DNA from: Eledone cirrhosa
Taxonomy: Eukaryota
DNA: 64,000 nucleotides
Reading direction: 5' to 3'
Assembly (NCBI GenBank): GCA_964016885.1
Contig: OZ024746.1
Coordinates: forward strand, 69,440,001-69,504,000
Shown: piece by piece, positions 26,034-40,554 of the stretch
Position numbering within the stretch: position 1 is the stretch's first letter
How the letters are laid out: each line of letters begins with the position of its first letter
The notes under the pieces: generated by a model
Seen by the model: the letters and a program-made list of their open reading frames with translations, nothing else
What the model was told of the DNA's origin: nothing
The model's database searches: none
Translations under genes and position numbers: made by a program

Positions 26034-26084
<51 letters not shown>

Positions 26085-26352
26085 GTTCTTTGAGTCTCAG
26101 TCATTGATGTTAGTTAACTGGAAAGTTTGTTGAAATGAATATCAAGCCACTACCTGCAGCCTCAGATATTCAGGACGTTTCGGAGGGTTCTTGCTGTTCC
26201 CATCAAGCATGCCTTTTGAAGTGTTCCAAAAAGCGGGGCGGGGCCAATTTTCTTTAACCATCCCTGGAAACTTTTTGAGATAGTACCTAGTGCGCCTATG
26301 ACAATCGGGACCACTTTGACTTCATGGCAGTTACAAATCCTTTTTACCTCCC

Positions 26353-26403
<51 letters not shown>

Positions 26404-27309
26404 AGTTGCATTTATCTTGCTTTATGTTCATACGAGTTATCACCAAGTCACAACCAGTGACCTCAAGAGATAACAAGGTCCGCCATGTTCAGGAAAGAAC
26501 ATACATACTCACACATGCATCTTTAGTGTTTAGACTTGTGATGTACTTATATTGACAGAATCTTCCTTAGTATATGGGCAGTTCCCATTAGTACTATCTT
26601 TTGTATTTCTCCTATACGCGGGTTTCCTGGGATTTGCGATAAGTAATCATTAGACCCCTTAGGTATCATTCCCAGAGCGCCTACAATTACTGGTATTGTT
26701 TTAGTTCTCAATTTCCACATTTTTCCAATTTCTATATCCAGGTCCTTATACTTGCTCAATTTTTCAAATGTTTTTATAGATACATTCTTGTCTATTGGAA
26801 CAGACATATCAATTAGCAGGCATACCCTCTTTTTAAAGTCCTTCAATATTATATCAGGTCTATTTGCATCTATTTTTCGGTCTGTTTGGATGCTAAAGTT
26901 CCACAAGATTGAGATGTGATCTTTTTCAAGTATGGGAGGTGGTTGATGCTCCCACCAATTCTTTTGATGGGGCAGGTCAAAATGCTTACACATTATCCAA
27001 TGTATGTATTGTGCAGCTCTGTCATGCCTGTTTAGGTATTCGGTTGGAGCTATAGGACTGCACATTGAAATTATATGGTCAATGGTCTCTGGTTGTTTTT
27101 TGCATACGGCATAATGGGCTGCATCCATTTTTTATTATGTTGGCTTGGTAATTTTTTGTTGGCCGACACTGATCTTGTGCTGATATAATCAGTCCTTCAG
27201 TCTCCGATTTCAGTCCAGAGGATGCCAACCACTGATGGGTTAAAGTTTTGTCAACATCGGGATTGTTAGCTCGCTCTGGGTATTTTCCATACAGAGGCTT
27301 TTCTTTTAC

Positions 27310-27310
<1 letters not shown>
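26085..27310 (-). mobile_element. Two R4/Dong 3' fragments in tandem within (ATT)n
   Basis: ORF 26547..27128 CKKQPETIDHIISMC..RHD..NRPDII..IPVIVGALG; same families as 17259-17851 and 18107-18432. Confidence 0.9.
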
Positions 27311-27357
<47 letters not shown>

Positions 27358-27744
27358 CATTGACACCATGCTTTGCAGCATAGAAGTACGTCCCTTTATG
27401 TCTGAGTTCAAATCCCGCCGAGGTTAACTTTGCCTCATCCTTACGGGGTCGGTAAAATAAAGCACCAGTAACGTACTGGGGTCGATTTAATCCGACTTTC
27501 CCCTCCCCCCAAATTACTGGCCTTGTACTAGAAATCATTATTATTATTTTTTTTTTATTGAAGCGGTTATTTCCTCTCACCTGCAATGTTGGTTGAAGAA
27601 ATATAAAAGAAATCTGTCTTCAAAAACAAAAACGAAAAGCAACCACAAATATAATAAAATAATACTTTTTATTTTTCAGAAGAAAACCTTTACCTGAAAG
27701 AAGGACTTTAGACATGTTATCTAGGGCAGTGTTCTCCAACATTT

Positions 27745-27990
27745 CTGTACAACACGTTCCCCAAATATTACACTGCTCAAGGCCGAAGAGAGCAAACTAT
27801 CGAAATATCGATCTCTCTCTGATAGGTTTGTGGTCACACCTGTAGCAGTGGAGACTTCCAGCGTTCTTGGTCACCGGACGACAACCCTACTCACTGCTAT
27901 AGGCACGGAGTTGACTACGCAGAGGAGCGAGTGACCCTCCTTCCAGTTGGAATGGCTATTTCAATGTGTCTCCCTCACTGTCCTTCAGAT
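27745..27990 (+). pseudogene. CRE-clade LINE C-terminal fragment
   Basis: Manual translation AEESKLSKYRSLSDRFVVTPVAVETSSVLG..EWLFQCVSL, homologous to 31030-31428. Confidence 0.55.
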
Positions 27991-28044
27991 ATATATAAGT
28001 ATATATATATATAAGTGTATGTGCTTGTGCAAACGAACCAAATA

Positions 28045-28430
28045 TTAATAATTGTTTCTACTTTTGGCACAAGGCCATCAATTACCCAGTACATTACAGG
28101 TACTTTATTTTATCGACCCCGTAAGGATGAAAGGCAAAGTTAACCTCGGCGGGATTTGAACTCAGACTGTAAAGGGACGTAACTATGCTGGAAAGCATGA
28201 CGTCCGACCCTCTACCGATACTGCCAATCCAACATAATATTATCATAAGGCGATGGATTGGCACTATCGATAGAGGGTCGGACGCCATGCTTTGCAGCAT
28301 AGAGTTACGGCCATTTTTGATCTGAGTTCAAATCCTGCGGAGGTTAACTTTGCCTTACGAGGTCAATAAAATAAAGTACCAGTAATGCACTGGGATAATT
28401 GCTGGCTTTGTGCCAAAAGTAGAAAGAATA
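28045..28430. mobile_element. Two family A SINEs head-to-head
   Basis: Minus copy ~28045-28230 and plus copy ~28250-28430, each with B box. Confidence 0.8.
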
Positions 28431-28574
28431 ATATTATCATTATTCAATCACGAGTACATTTAGGTATCCACCATGCTAGAGCGAAAACAAATTTTCTTTT
28501 TATACCAACACATAATCTGCTAATATCGTTTACAAAGAAGTAAGTCATTACTATGGAATGTTAATAAAGTTAAG

Positions 28575-29036
<462 letters not shown>

Positions 29037-29278
29037 TTTGTACCTTGAGGATTAAAAGGTTATCACCCTGCTTCTAAAATATGCAGTTTTGTGATATCTT
29101 GAAGACCAACCTAATTAACAAGGGCTCTTAGTTGGATAGTGTTCCAAATTGATGCAGTTCTAGGAAGATGTGCGTCTGTGTGTATATACATGTGTGCGCG
29201 TGTGATTGCATGCGTGGGTATGCGTGTGTGTATGCAAAGACGTATATGGACACATGTGGCATCGTTTATATATATATA

Positions 29279-29354
<76 letters not shown>

Positions 29355-29558
29355 ATAATAATAAATTTGAAGACTAAAATCCATATATATATATATATAA
29401 AATACATATATATACATACACACACATATATATATATATATATATTGGTGTGCCCGGCCGACTGAACTCACTCGATATGCAAATTAGGCTGCTCAGCCGT
29501 TAATATGCATAAGGAAAGTATATACTTTCAGACGTTCAACCATCAGGCAGGAAGGTAT

Positions 29559-29601
29559 ACGATGCTGACGATAACTAATAAGCTTGAAACTAATACATCG
29601 T
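29559..29601 (+). ncRNA. Decayed minimal type I hammerhead
   Basis: ACGAUG CUGACGA UAACU-AAUA-AGCUU GAAA CUAA UA CAUCGU; perfect 6-bp stem I, one mismatch each in stem II and the stem III palindrome. Confidence 0.6.
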
Positions 29602-29871
29602 TCCTGTGTCAGTGTTGAACAAAAAGGTGACGTGGTTGCCTAAACACTGTACGGCGTAATTCGAGCTGTTTGTTTACAAACAAACCGAGCATTATAATAA
29701 ATGTTCGGTAAACCGATACGTGCATATATATATGTGTGCATGTATGTATACATATACATACTACTGTACGTCTGTATACATATATGTATGTACGTATACA
29801 TACATACATACTTACATTTAAGTAAATGCCGTACTAAGAGTGAGAAATGAAATTTCGTTTCATTCTATTCC

Positions 29872-29940
<69 letters not shown>

Positions 29941-30119
29941 AGTTCTATTTAAATTGTTGGGATACAACAAGCAAATATTTTTATAACTGATATAAAGCAC
30001 TCAACAAATTATTGGAGTAAAAATACGATATATTAACAAATGAAGACTATATTTATAAAACCATATTTATTTCAATATATATGTAAATAGATATATATGT
30101 AAATTGAAAAGTAAATTGA

Positions 30120-30780
30120 CAATATCTTCGTCACCCACTTATCTGAGAAGGTCGTGGGGGCAGAGTCCTTCTCAAACACTCTTTCCAGCGAGTCTGTCAG
30201 TAGCAAACATCTCTAACTGACCCAGCTGGATCCCAAAGCGTGATCAGCCAAGCACATGGATGTTATCCAACTATCTTGCTCAGGGTCTACCTCTGGGTCT
30301 CTTGCCGGTTAGTTTTGCCTGTAAGATGTGTCCAGCGATTCTTTACTGAGACATTCTAACCACATGCTCATAATATCGGAGTTGTGATCTCTCAATTCGG
30401 AGAAGTAGCGGCTCTACCAGGAGTGACTCTCTGGTCTCTGAGCTATGCACTTTATCGAGTAACATTACTCCAAAGACCCTTCGGAGGAATCTCAATTCTG
30501 CCACTTTTATTTGCAATTGTATTCTATTGGTCAATACTCAAGATTCATGTTCCTCGGTAAAAGTTGGCAGGAATACCAGGAAGATAGCGAGTTTGGCTTT
30601 TACACCCCCCCCCCCCCATCCTTCATCTGATTGCTGAGGCTGGCGCTTTACTGCATCAGCTTTTGCAATTCTTGCACTTAATTCAGCCTCCTGCATTCCA
30701 TCACTCATGAACACGGCTCCAAGATACTTGAACTTCTCTAACTGCTTCAGTAGAACTCCATTCACATGTATATAAATTTG
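30120..30780 (-). pseudogene. RTE-clade LINE 3' fragment
   Basis: LKQLEKFKYLGAVF..ARIAKA (30538..30807); AELRFLRRVFGV..IERSQLRYYEHVVRM (30343..30534). Confidence 0.8.
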
Positions 30781-30974
30781 AGGGACTTCTGTCCACCCGT
30801 CCATCACGCAATGTGTATGTGTGTTTGTGTGACTGTATGTGTGTGTAAAAGGAAAGAAAGGGATTCACACATATATGTCTCTAACTTAAAAACAGTGACA
30901 CACACACACACACACACGTGTCTCTAATTTAAGAACGCCGACAAACTCACGCGCGTTCACATACACACACTGTC

Positions 30975-31430
30975 TTATTACCACTCAAGAGCTTTGGTCC
31001 GGGCAAACATCCCCTCAATTTTGGAACCGTCTGGGTTGTCCTGAATTGATGAGAAACTTGACGGTCTTACTCTGTGCTCCTGGTCAAGAGGCAGGTGCCT
31101 TACCTGGGACGTCACAGTTAGTGACTCTTTTGCTTCTTCCCACATCCTGGATGCAGCGGTAAGGGCGAGAGCTACAGCATCCGCAGCTGAACGGAACAAA
31201 ATCCTAAAATACCGTGTTCTGTCAGCTAAATACATTATCCAGCCTGTGGTATTCGAGACGTATGGGGGAGTCGGGCTACTGACAGCGAGGTTCTTATCTT
31301 CACTGGCAGCTCGCCAAACAGAGGTAACTGGTGATGCTCGTGAGGGCACTTGGTTGTTCCAGCACCTCAGCCTCGCCATCACTCCAGGTAACGCTGCGAG
31401 CGTGTTGGCCTGCCTCAAACATTATTAGAG
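30975..31430 (+). pseudogene. CRE-clade LINE C-terminal RLE fragment
   Basis: DGLTLCSWSRGRCLTWDVT..KILKY..PVVFETYGGVG..TGDAREGTWLFQHLSLAITPGNAASVL. Confidence 0.75.
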
Positions 31431-31591
31431 AGGTTTCCCAACGCTCCTCGCTATATTGCTATCTTTTGCTCTGGTAGCGGCTCGTTTTTCCACCCCTTTC
31501 GTCTACATTTTGTTCTATGGGGTCTAAGATGTGGGTATTACGTGCTTGTGTATTTTTTCTCTTTCTTGTTTTCCTTTCCCTTTCCTTTGTA

Positions 31592-34104
31592 TCTCTATAT
31601 ATAAATCTGAGGATGTGTGTGTTAAGGTTTGTAACGTATGCACGTCCACAATTTCCAACGGATTTTATTCAAAGTCGGGACAATTATTGATTTTGGTCCG
31701 GAGAAGGTCATGAGGTAAAAGAATTTCAAATCCATCAACAATAAGGACAAAAATCGATTATGATCATTCCCCCTCTCTATAATTTAACTGCTTTACTCTC
31801 TCTGTCGCTCTTCACTCCCTATATGACAACACTGCAGAGAGAGAAACAGTGTGTATGATCAAATGGAGCGTTCCGTATATTCCCTCCCTCTATAATTTAA
31901 CTGCTTTACTCTCTCTGTCGCTCTTCATTCCCTATATGACAACACTGCAGTGGAGCGTACGTATTGAGCGTTCCATGTTGAGCGTTCCGTATTGACATAC
32001 GGCTTATCTGGGGCATTTTCAATCGGCTTATTGCAAATAACAACCCGTAAAATAACACTTCATATAACAGATTAATGCTATAGATATATGAATCGGAATG
32101 TAACCCGTGAACTTTTTCCTGGGCAAAATTATTCGAACAGACATGACCTCATTGCCAGAGTGTTCAGACTGAAACTGGCTAAACTCATGGCTTTAATCAA
32201 AGAGGGTCAGGTATTTGGGGCTGTAAAATGTGACATGTCGAATGGCAAAACCGAGGGCTGCCAAATGCTCACATTTTGATTTGGTTAGCTGATAAAATCA
32301 ATTCAAATGCCATAGACAGCTTCATTTCGGCTGAAATCCCTAACCCAGCAACTGACCAGAAATTACATGACATCGTCAAAGCTAACATGGTCCGTGTGCG
32401 TCGGGTCCTAATGAGCATCACACGTGTCTGAAAGGGGGATCGTGCAGTAAGGGATACCCAAAAAGATTTGTTGACCAGACTCAGACTGGTGGCGACGGGT
32501 ACCCCCTGTACAGGCGGAGACAGCCCGAGAACGGTGGCTTCACCACAACAGTAAAGGGGGGTCAAGTCGCCTTCTTCTGCATGAAGTTGTAGGCCCACAA
32601 AGTTTTCAGGACCTCAAAACTGTTGATGGAGAAATATGTGATACGTACCGGGAAGCCTGCTTTAAGCGTGGTCTTTTGGAAGATGATTCGCAATGGGATT
32701 CCACTTTAGCAGATGGTGCTTTGCTGAAATCACCTAAAGGTCTACGGGAACTCTTTGCCATTTTGCTTCAAAAGTGTGAATATGGGTCAAGTACAGAGAC
32801 TTCATGTCTGAGGACTTCCTGCGCCTGGCTCATCTGCAGAATCCTTCAGTGGAAGTTGGTTACAGCGACATTATCTACAACAGGGCAGTCATTGATATCG
32901 AGGACACCCTCCTCGACATGGGGAGGAGTGAGTTGGCGACATATGGCTTGCTGTCAACCATCAGAGAGGAAGCTAACACGTTGGCCCCGGATTTGTTGCG
33001 GGAAACAGCATATGACATCGAATCTCTTTCCCAATACTTAGAGGAAAATGAGCCCAAACTACTGTCGGACCAAAGGTTGGCCTATTTAACTATCATTGAC
33101 GCGGTTCAAAATCAGAGTGGGGGTATTTACTTTCTCGATGCTCCTGGGGGTACCGGAAAAACTTTTGTAACGAAATTGATTCTCGCTAAGATTCATCAGG
33201 AGAAAAAAATTGCGTTGGCCGTTGCATCGTCCGGGATCGCTGCTACTTTGCTGCCGGGAGGCAGGACAGCACACTTTGTACCTGAGCACAAATATGCGTG
33301 CTCATTTACATGGTGACAACATGTCTGCAGCAATTTGCTCAGAACATTTTAGCACTTCGTGAGGGCAAGGTCTCTGCGGATGACAAGGGCGGCAGAGCAA
33401 TCGACTCCCTGTGCAACATTGTGAGCAACCCTTCTGACCTTTGGGAAGCAGTTTTTTCTAATGTCTCATCTAACTTTAAAAAGCTCGATTGGCTCAGCGA
33501 AAGAGCCATCCTTGCTCCGAAAAATACCATGGTTAATTTTATTAAAGAGCAGCTGATTGAGAAAATTCCCGGTAAAGAGCACATCTTCAAATCTATCGAC
33601 CGGACATCAAACCCCGACGATATCGTTAATTATCCGGTTGAGTTATTAAATTCCCTTGAGCCCCCAGGGCTCTCACCTTACATTCTTAAGCTTAGGGTTG
33701 GCTGTCCCATTATGCTAATAAGGAACATGCATCCAACAAAGCAGTGCAACGGTACTCGCATGGTCGTCAAGTCACTGACTCCCCACTTGATTGAGGCCAC
33801 CATTGTAACGGGATGCGGGAGAGGGGAGAATATTTTCATTCCAAGGATCAACCTTTTCTCCTCGGCGTCAGATATCCCGTTCGATTTTCGGCGATCCCAA
33901 TTCCCGGTGAGACCATGTTTTGCCATGTCCATTAACAAGTCATAAGGGCAAACATTGTCGGTGGCGGGCATCCATTTGGCGGAGCCATGCTTCTCCCATG
34001 GCCAACTTTATGTTGTCTGTTCCCGCGTAGGGAGCAGGAATGGACTTTTTGCTTACACTCCTCAAGGGATGACACGCAATATCGTCTACAAAGAGGTGCT
34101 ATAG
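31592..34104 (+). mobile_element. Decayed autonomous-type Helitron (Rep plus PIF1 helicase), internally deleted
   Basis: A|TCTCTATATATAAA 5' end; Rep motifs RHDLIARVF and EWQ.RGLP.AHIL; helicase DAPGGTGKTF, VASSGIAATLLPGGRTAH, ERAILAPKN, CNGTRM, QFPVRPCFAMSINKS, TRNIVYKEVL*; no 3' hairpin/CTAG seen. Confidence 0.9.
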
Positions 34105-34288
34105 ATGTTGGTGCAGGTGTTGGAGGTGTTGGAGCTATGCCGTCTGGAAAACTATTTCCTGGTAGGGTCACCCATGGCGGCCAGATCTGACACCCAGCGG
34201 CATCAAGGCCATCATCTTGCAACTTTGGTCTACTAAATTTGCTAAGTTCTTCTTCCTGATTATGTCAATATTTATAAAACAAACTTTG

Positions 34289-34349
34289 TATTTTATCTGA
34301 TGAGGGCGTATCAAAGTTTTGGTACACTTGAAATATATATAATAGAATA
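34289..34349 (+). ncRNA. Type I hammerhead ribozyme with canonical core
   Basis: UAUUUUAU CUGAUGA GGGCGUAUCAA-AGUU-UUGGUACACUU GAAA UAUAUA UA AUAGAAUA; 8-bp stem I, ~10-bp stem II, palindromic AUAUAUAU stem III. Confidence 0.75.
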
Positions 34350-34969
34350 AATAGAAATTTGTATATATATATATATGTATATCTAAATTATAATAAAGTA
34401 AGGAGTGCGGGACTGCGTACGGTTTATAATTTTTTTTTATCCCATTAGTAAAATAAGTTAGATTACTTTGAATAAATAATGAATGAATATTACATAATTT
34501 ATCTGCTAAATTTCGTGGCTGTTGATTAAATATATTTTATTGTTTATTTAAAGATTCACTTCTTCAAAATTTTCAAATGTCAACACTTCCGGTTAGTGAT
34601 CGCTTAAATAAATATTCAAATATTTCCGTCACTAACTTTCTCCTAATGCAGTTTATATATAACATCGTCTTTTTTTAATGTATCATGGATTACATTACTG
34701 ATTACATAAGGGAGTGTAACACAGTCTTCGTTCAATTTCTGTGTATATTGTCAATTACGATTTTATTTGATGTATCATATCCACATGCATATATACTTGC
34801 GTATAATATCCAATATATTTTTTCTGCTAGTATATATAATAAATGTAATCTGAGTTTTTCGAATATTAATAATAATATTCGATTCTTTTGCAATTATGCA
34901 AACACCCTCTTTTTCAAAGCCATGTCTGTAGAATGAGCCCCTCATTCTTGCTCTTGTGTTGGCATATAA

Positions 34970-35043
<74 letters not shown>

Positions 35044-35044
35044 G

Positions 35045-35091
<47 letters not shown>

Positions 35092-35523
35092 GTATGTGTG
35101 TGTGGTGGTGGTGGTGATGGGGGGTGTATGTGTATATATATATAATATATTTTGTAATAAAAATCCCATTCTTTTTCTAGATGCCTGAATGCTGTACTCA
35201 TTTGGTGTAATATTATATAGTGCTATAAAACATATATAGAATTAACACACATTAGGTAACTTAAGATCGCTTTTTGAAAACATAGATTTCTCTTCAGATA
35301 GTTTTACTTTCTTGAAATTCCACCAAGTGTTCCTTATCATTAAAACCAAGTAATAAATATGAATACGAAGGAAAACACAGTATGTTGCATAACTTATCTA
35401 AATATGCAGAGTAATATACATCAATATGCTACCTTATCCGTGGTTTTAATAAACTGTCTTGTTATCATCTGGAGGATTTTGTTTGTTTTTCTAACTCCTT
35501 CCTGCTTCTATGTATGTATGTAC

Positions 35524-35554
<31 letters not shown>

Positions 35555-35584
35555 TGTATGTATGTATGTATGTATGTATGTATG

Positions 35585-38364
35585 TTCTTCTGGTTTTATA
35601 ATTTCACAAAGTTTTACCAATAGAGAGAGAGAGTCGGTTTCTAACATAGACACAAGACTCTCTCATTGGAATTTACACATCAACTAGGTAGGTATGTATG
35701 TATGCATGCATGTGTAGATATGGATGTTATTGTATGTGTGGATGTGTATGTTTTGAGTTGTATGTGTGGATGTGTATGTTTTGAGTTGTATGTGTGCATG
35801 TGTATATGCTTTGCATCTGTATATGCAGTTATTAGATGCAACATTTTTGGAATGTCTTACATATTTTTACTGTTCCATTAATGGATTGTACTTGTGATTT
35901 CCTAAATAGTTGTGTTCTTTCTGTTCCTGTGAAGCCTAGCTTCTCAAGATTTGTATTGGGGCAGTTACTAACATATCCCAGTGCCCCAATAATCACAGGC
36001 ATACATCTGAAGGTGTAATCAGGGTGGAGTATCTGCAGATTTCTCATCAGTTCTGCATAAATATTCTCCTTTTCACTAATCTTTGATATTATATTGGCAT
36101 CTGCTGGGCAGCTAATTTCCACTACTGTGCATGCTTTCTTCTCCCTGTCCCATATCATAATATCTGGTCTGTTATGCCTGCATTTTATCGGGGTTTTTAC
36201 TGGAACATTCCACCAGTACTCTTTCATATTATGTACATGGATATCTTCCACATTGCTGTAGCTTTTAATGCGTTTATTATCGGGGCTATCTTTTTTACGA
36301 ACTACATTGTACAGTGTTTTGGCCACTACATCATGCCTCATAGGTAGATAGTACCGCGATGACATCTTTGGACAGCTGCTGATGACATGGGTGATATACT
36401 CGATGTTAGTTTTGCAGAGTATGCACTTGTTATCACATCTAGGTATTTTGCGTGCATCCTATCTCTTTTGTGAATCAATTATTTCGTGCTAATCTCCTGT
36501 TCCTGGATTGCAAAAGCGTATCCTTAAAAGTGGGAGCCAATATAGCGGTTGTTGGTCCAAGATAGACTACTTTCCTTATCTATATTACTCTCACTCTGGA
36601 GCTTCCTGGCAACATATCCATGCATGATTTTTTGCTGATAGGCATGCAGTTTTTCATCCATGGATTCACTGCGATACTGCTGAACGACATCCCTGGGTGT
36701 GAGTTTTTGATTATCACACAGGGAATATCTCTCGAGGAGTTCCTTCCCAACTCTCATGATTTTATCTGTTTCATGCAGATAGACTTGCTCGAGAAACGGG
36801 CTCCTACGCTTCGAGGTTCGTAGATGTTGTCGGAGAGATATGATGCGACATTCAAATGTTGTCTGGACTGATGTTAGGCCTCTGCCTCCCTGCTTACGTT
36901 TCAAGTAAAGGCGGTCAATGTCACTGTTGATGTGGAAGTTCCGGTGTTGTTTAGTATTTTTCGAGTTCCAACATCAACTGCTCGGATTTCGTCTATCGTC
37001 CAATTGAGTATTCCAAACGTTGGTGTTAGGACAGGCACAGCAAACACATTGTGAGCCACTGTTTTGTTTTGTGCAGAGAGTTCCGATGACCAGATCTTTC
37101 TTAATCGGGTGTAGTATTCCCTTGTTACGCGTTCTTTATTACAGATACCATTATAGGATATGTTCTCATCTATCCCCAGGTATCTGTAGCAGTCCTCATC
37201 AGATATCGGTGAAACAGTTAGGCCATTGATGACAATGTTGCTAGATTGGGTTGTTGTTTTTCCCCGCTTTACAGTCATGTATGAGTATTTATCTTGGCCA
37301 AACTCCATTCCTATATCTTTTGAGAACGTTGTAACCAGGTCAAGATTTTTCTTCATCCCATCCATGTTCTAGGCATAGAGTTTCAGATCGTCCACAAAGA
37401 AATGGGTTAGGTTCGTATTTCTGTCCTCCTGTGAGCCAATGATGTATCCCTCACATTTCTTGAGTAGAAAGGACAAGGGGTTTAATGACAAGATGAATAA
37501 TATCACAGAGAGACTGTCCCTCTGAAATATATCCCTGCAATATTTAATTTTATCAGTGGAAATAGAGTCCACCGTCTCTATCTTTAATCTTAGGATAGTA
37601 GCCCAAGAAGAAGACAGCCTCTCTATGACTCTGACAATAATGTCTGGGACTTTAGCAAGTTGGAGGGCTTCTATCATTCAAGAGTGGGGAACAGAATCAA
37701 AAGCTTTCCTGTAGTCCAGCCAGACTGTAGTCATATTCCTCCTGAGTTGTCGCACCTCCGACATCGCAGTTTTGTTGATTAGGAGTTGTTCAGCACATCC
37801 CAAACCCCCTTCTTTCCAGCTGCTTGTTCATCTGTGATGATGTTATTATTTTCACAGTGATCTTGGAGGAATAGGTTCAGGCAGGCTGTATACATCTTAT
37901 ACATCAGATTCTGGCATACAATGGGTCGGTAGTTTTTTGCCAAGTGGGTGTCTTTGTTCTTGGGGACCAGTAATGTTTGTGCTAATGTCAACCATTCTGG
38001 TATAAGTGTATCTCCCTTAAGAACTTGTTGGTAGAGGTCAGTAAGATACCTCCGATAGAATATCAGTTTTTTTGTACCAGTAGCCGACAATCATGTCTCT
38101 TCCTGGTGTTTTCTTATCTTGGAGTTTTCCTATCACAGTCTCAAGGGTACCCTCACTTATTTCGTATGTTTTTGTTGTAGTGTAAGAGCAATAGTTCTTT
38201 CGGATTTCTCTTAGCCACACTGCATCTTGGTTGAAATTCCTCTTTTCACCCCATATTTTGCTCCAAAAGGAATCTATGTCTTTCTGGGATGGGGCCTTAG
38301 TGACACTTATTATTTTGCCCTTCATATCTCTATAGACTGATGTTTGCTTTCGTCTGAATCTTTT
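35585..38364 (-). pseudogene. R4-like RLE LINE, 5'-truncated (RT plus endonuclease), embedded in (CATA)n
   Basis: NYRPIVCQNLMYK, WLDYRKAFDSVPH, IFQRDSLS, FFVDDLKLY, YRYLG, RHDVVAK..HNRPDIMIWD..VEISCP..PVIIGALG; (TATG)n on both sides. Confidence 0.9.
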
Positions 38365-38656
38365 ATGTATGTATGTATGTATGTATGTATGTATGTATGT
38401 ATGTATGTATGTATGTATGTATGTATGTATGTATGTATGTATGTATGTGCGTGTGTATGTATGTATGTATGTATGTATGTATGTATGTATGTATGTATAT
38501 GTGTATATGTATGTATTATGTATGTATGTATATGTGTGTGTGTATGTATGTATGTATATGTGTATGTATGTGTGCAAGTATATGTGAGTGTGTATGTATG
38601 TATGTTTATATGTATGTATGTATGTTTGTATGTATGTATGTATGTATGTATGTATG

Positions 38657-39255
38657 TACCAGTTGGTGCTACTGGTAACATGTATCCCAGTACAACCTGA
38701 CTCATGGTCGGATCGTTGGCGACTAAACTGGCAACCCCACCAAGGTTTCTCGGTGAGGAGGGTGACTTTGGACATCCTCCAGGACTAAAAACAAAACCTG
38801 TCAAAGGGCAAAGGAGCTCTTAAGAGTCAATGGCCATCCAAAATCACCGGGAGAGATGACCCCTTAGCCTTCGTCAAGGCAGAATTCTAGGAGAAGGAAA
38901 ACTCTGATATAACACCTGCAACCCTGATGGTATCCAATGATGTTGTTTGTTCTTTTTGGTAAATATCATCTTGGTTAAGAGAGTGGGACTGGCTTTGTGC
39001 AGTGCCTTTGCTCACTATAAAACCTTCACGGCACAGGCATTGCTTTATATATGGATATCTCTCTGCACTTGTCATCCCATGGTACCATGGGCCCAGCACT
39101 ATGTGTCAATAATTGTCACAGGTATAGTGTTTGTACCAGAGTTTTCAAGTCGCTGGCTGGACTAAAATGTCACACTCGTTCAGCGCATCGGTAGGGGTTC
39201 TCCTACATGGATATACATTAGTGGCCGTACTCGAAAACGAGTTGGCAGCCACCAT
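38657..39255 (+). mobile_element. Non-coding interspersed repeat (~600 bp), possibly derived from a LINE 5' region
   Basis: Close copy at 60536-61012 and diverged relative at 39286-39690; shared ggagaaggaaaactctgatataa motif; flanked by microsatellites. Confidence 0.65.
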
Positions 39256-39782
39256 GTATGCATGTATGTATATATGTATGTATATGAGTCGGTGACTAAA
39301 CCGGCAACCCCACCAAGTTTACTTGGTGAGGAGGGTTATTTTGGACACCCTGCAGGACAAAAAACAAAACCTGACAAATGGCGGAAGAACTCATAAGAGT
39401 CAACGGCCATCCAAAACTGTGTAAATATGTATATACACATGTACCGCGCGGTTAAACCACTGGGAGTGAAGGACATCTAGCCTTTGTCAGGGCATTCTTC
39501 TCGGAGAAGGCAACTCAGGAAACTGGGATAACTCCGATATAAAACCTGCGGCTCAGTAGTTACCGATGATGTTGATCTTTTCTTCTTTTCTTGTTATAGC
39601 GGCTGTCGGTCAGAGAGTGGGATTGGCTCAGTGCACAGTCTTTCCTCACTTTAAAAAATATCTTCACGCACAGACATTGCACGATAGAATTAATTAATAA
39701 TCATTAATAATGGCATATCGTGCAATGGCCATACTCGATAACGAGGCAACAGCCATCATGTATATGAGTATGTATGTATGTC

Positions 39783-39814
<32 letters not shown>

Positions 39815-40554
39815 TGTATGTATGTATGTATGGAAACATATATGCATTTATGTATGCATGCATACGTATATGCATACGTATATGCATGCATACGTATATG
39901 CATATATGTATGCATGCATACGTATTAGCATATTCACCCCCCTTCCCGCATATACATAGTGTCCCCCCCCCCATGTATACACACTTTGATTATCTGTACA
40001 AGCAACATTTATTAGAATGCTGTTGAAGAATGTATATATATTGAATAATATTTTTCTATTAGTGCTAATTAAAAAAAAAAAAAAAAAAAAGGTTTAGGGG
40101 TAGCAGGGATGACTCAAGTAAGATCTGAAAGAAATTAATGAACAAATAAAGTAAAGTGTAACATTTAGTGGAATGTTCTAGAGCTGAAGAATTTCAGGTG
40201 AAATTGTATCTTCCTCCTTTCCTTGCTCTCAGTGTAACAGTTTCATGTTGGCTCCTTGCCAAAAACAACCTTTTTTTGAGGGGTGGGGTGGGGGTGGGGA
40301 TCCAAATCTCTGTATAAGTGGTGGATTATCAGAGTAGTTAGAGCAGAGATTCTGAAACAGGAGGGGCCTGGTTCCCATAGAGAAGGAATATATATCCCAA
40401 GGGAGGAATTTTAGTCATGGAAAGAATTGGAGAGATATCCAAACTGGGTAACAAAAGTATACATTGTGTATATATATATATATATATATCATGTGAAAGA
40501 CCAATATATCCAACTATAGTGTATATTGTGTATATATCATGTTACCGTTACCTA

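Noticed and set aside
32804-34104. Host PIF1 helicase gene
   Set aside because: Intronless, frameshifted, preceded by Helitron Rep motifs and a Helitron 5' end
38687-38731. HDV-like ribozyme (CCAGT..ACC-TGACTCAT-GGT..GG..CTAA-ACTGG)
   Set aside because: P2, P3 and J4/2 look plausible, but no 5' P1 strand is found and L3 lacks the CC for P1.1; needs a family consensus before any claim
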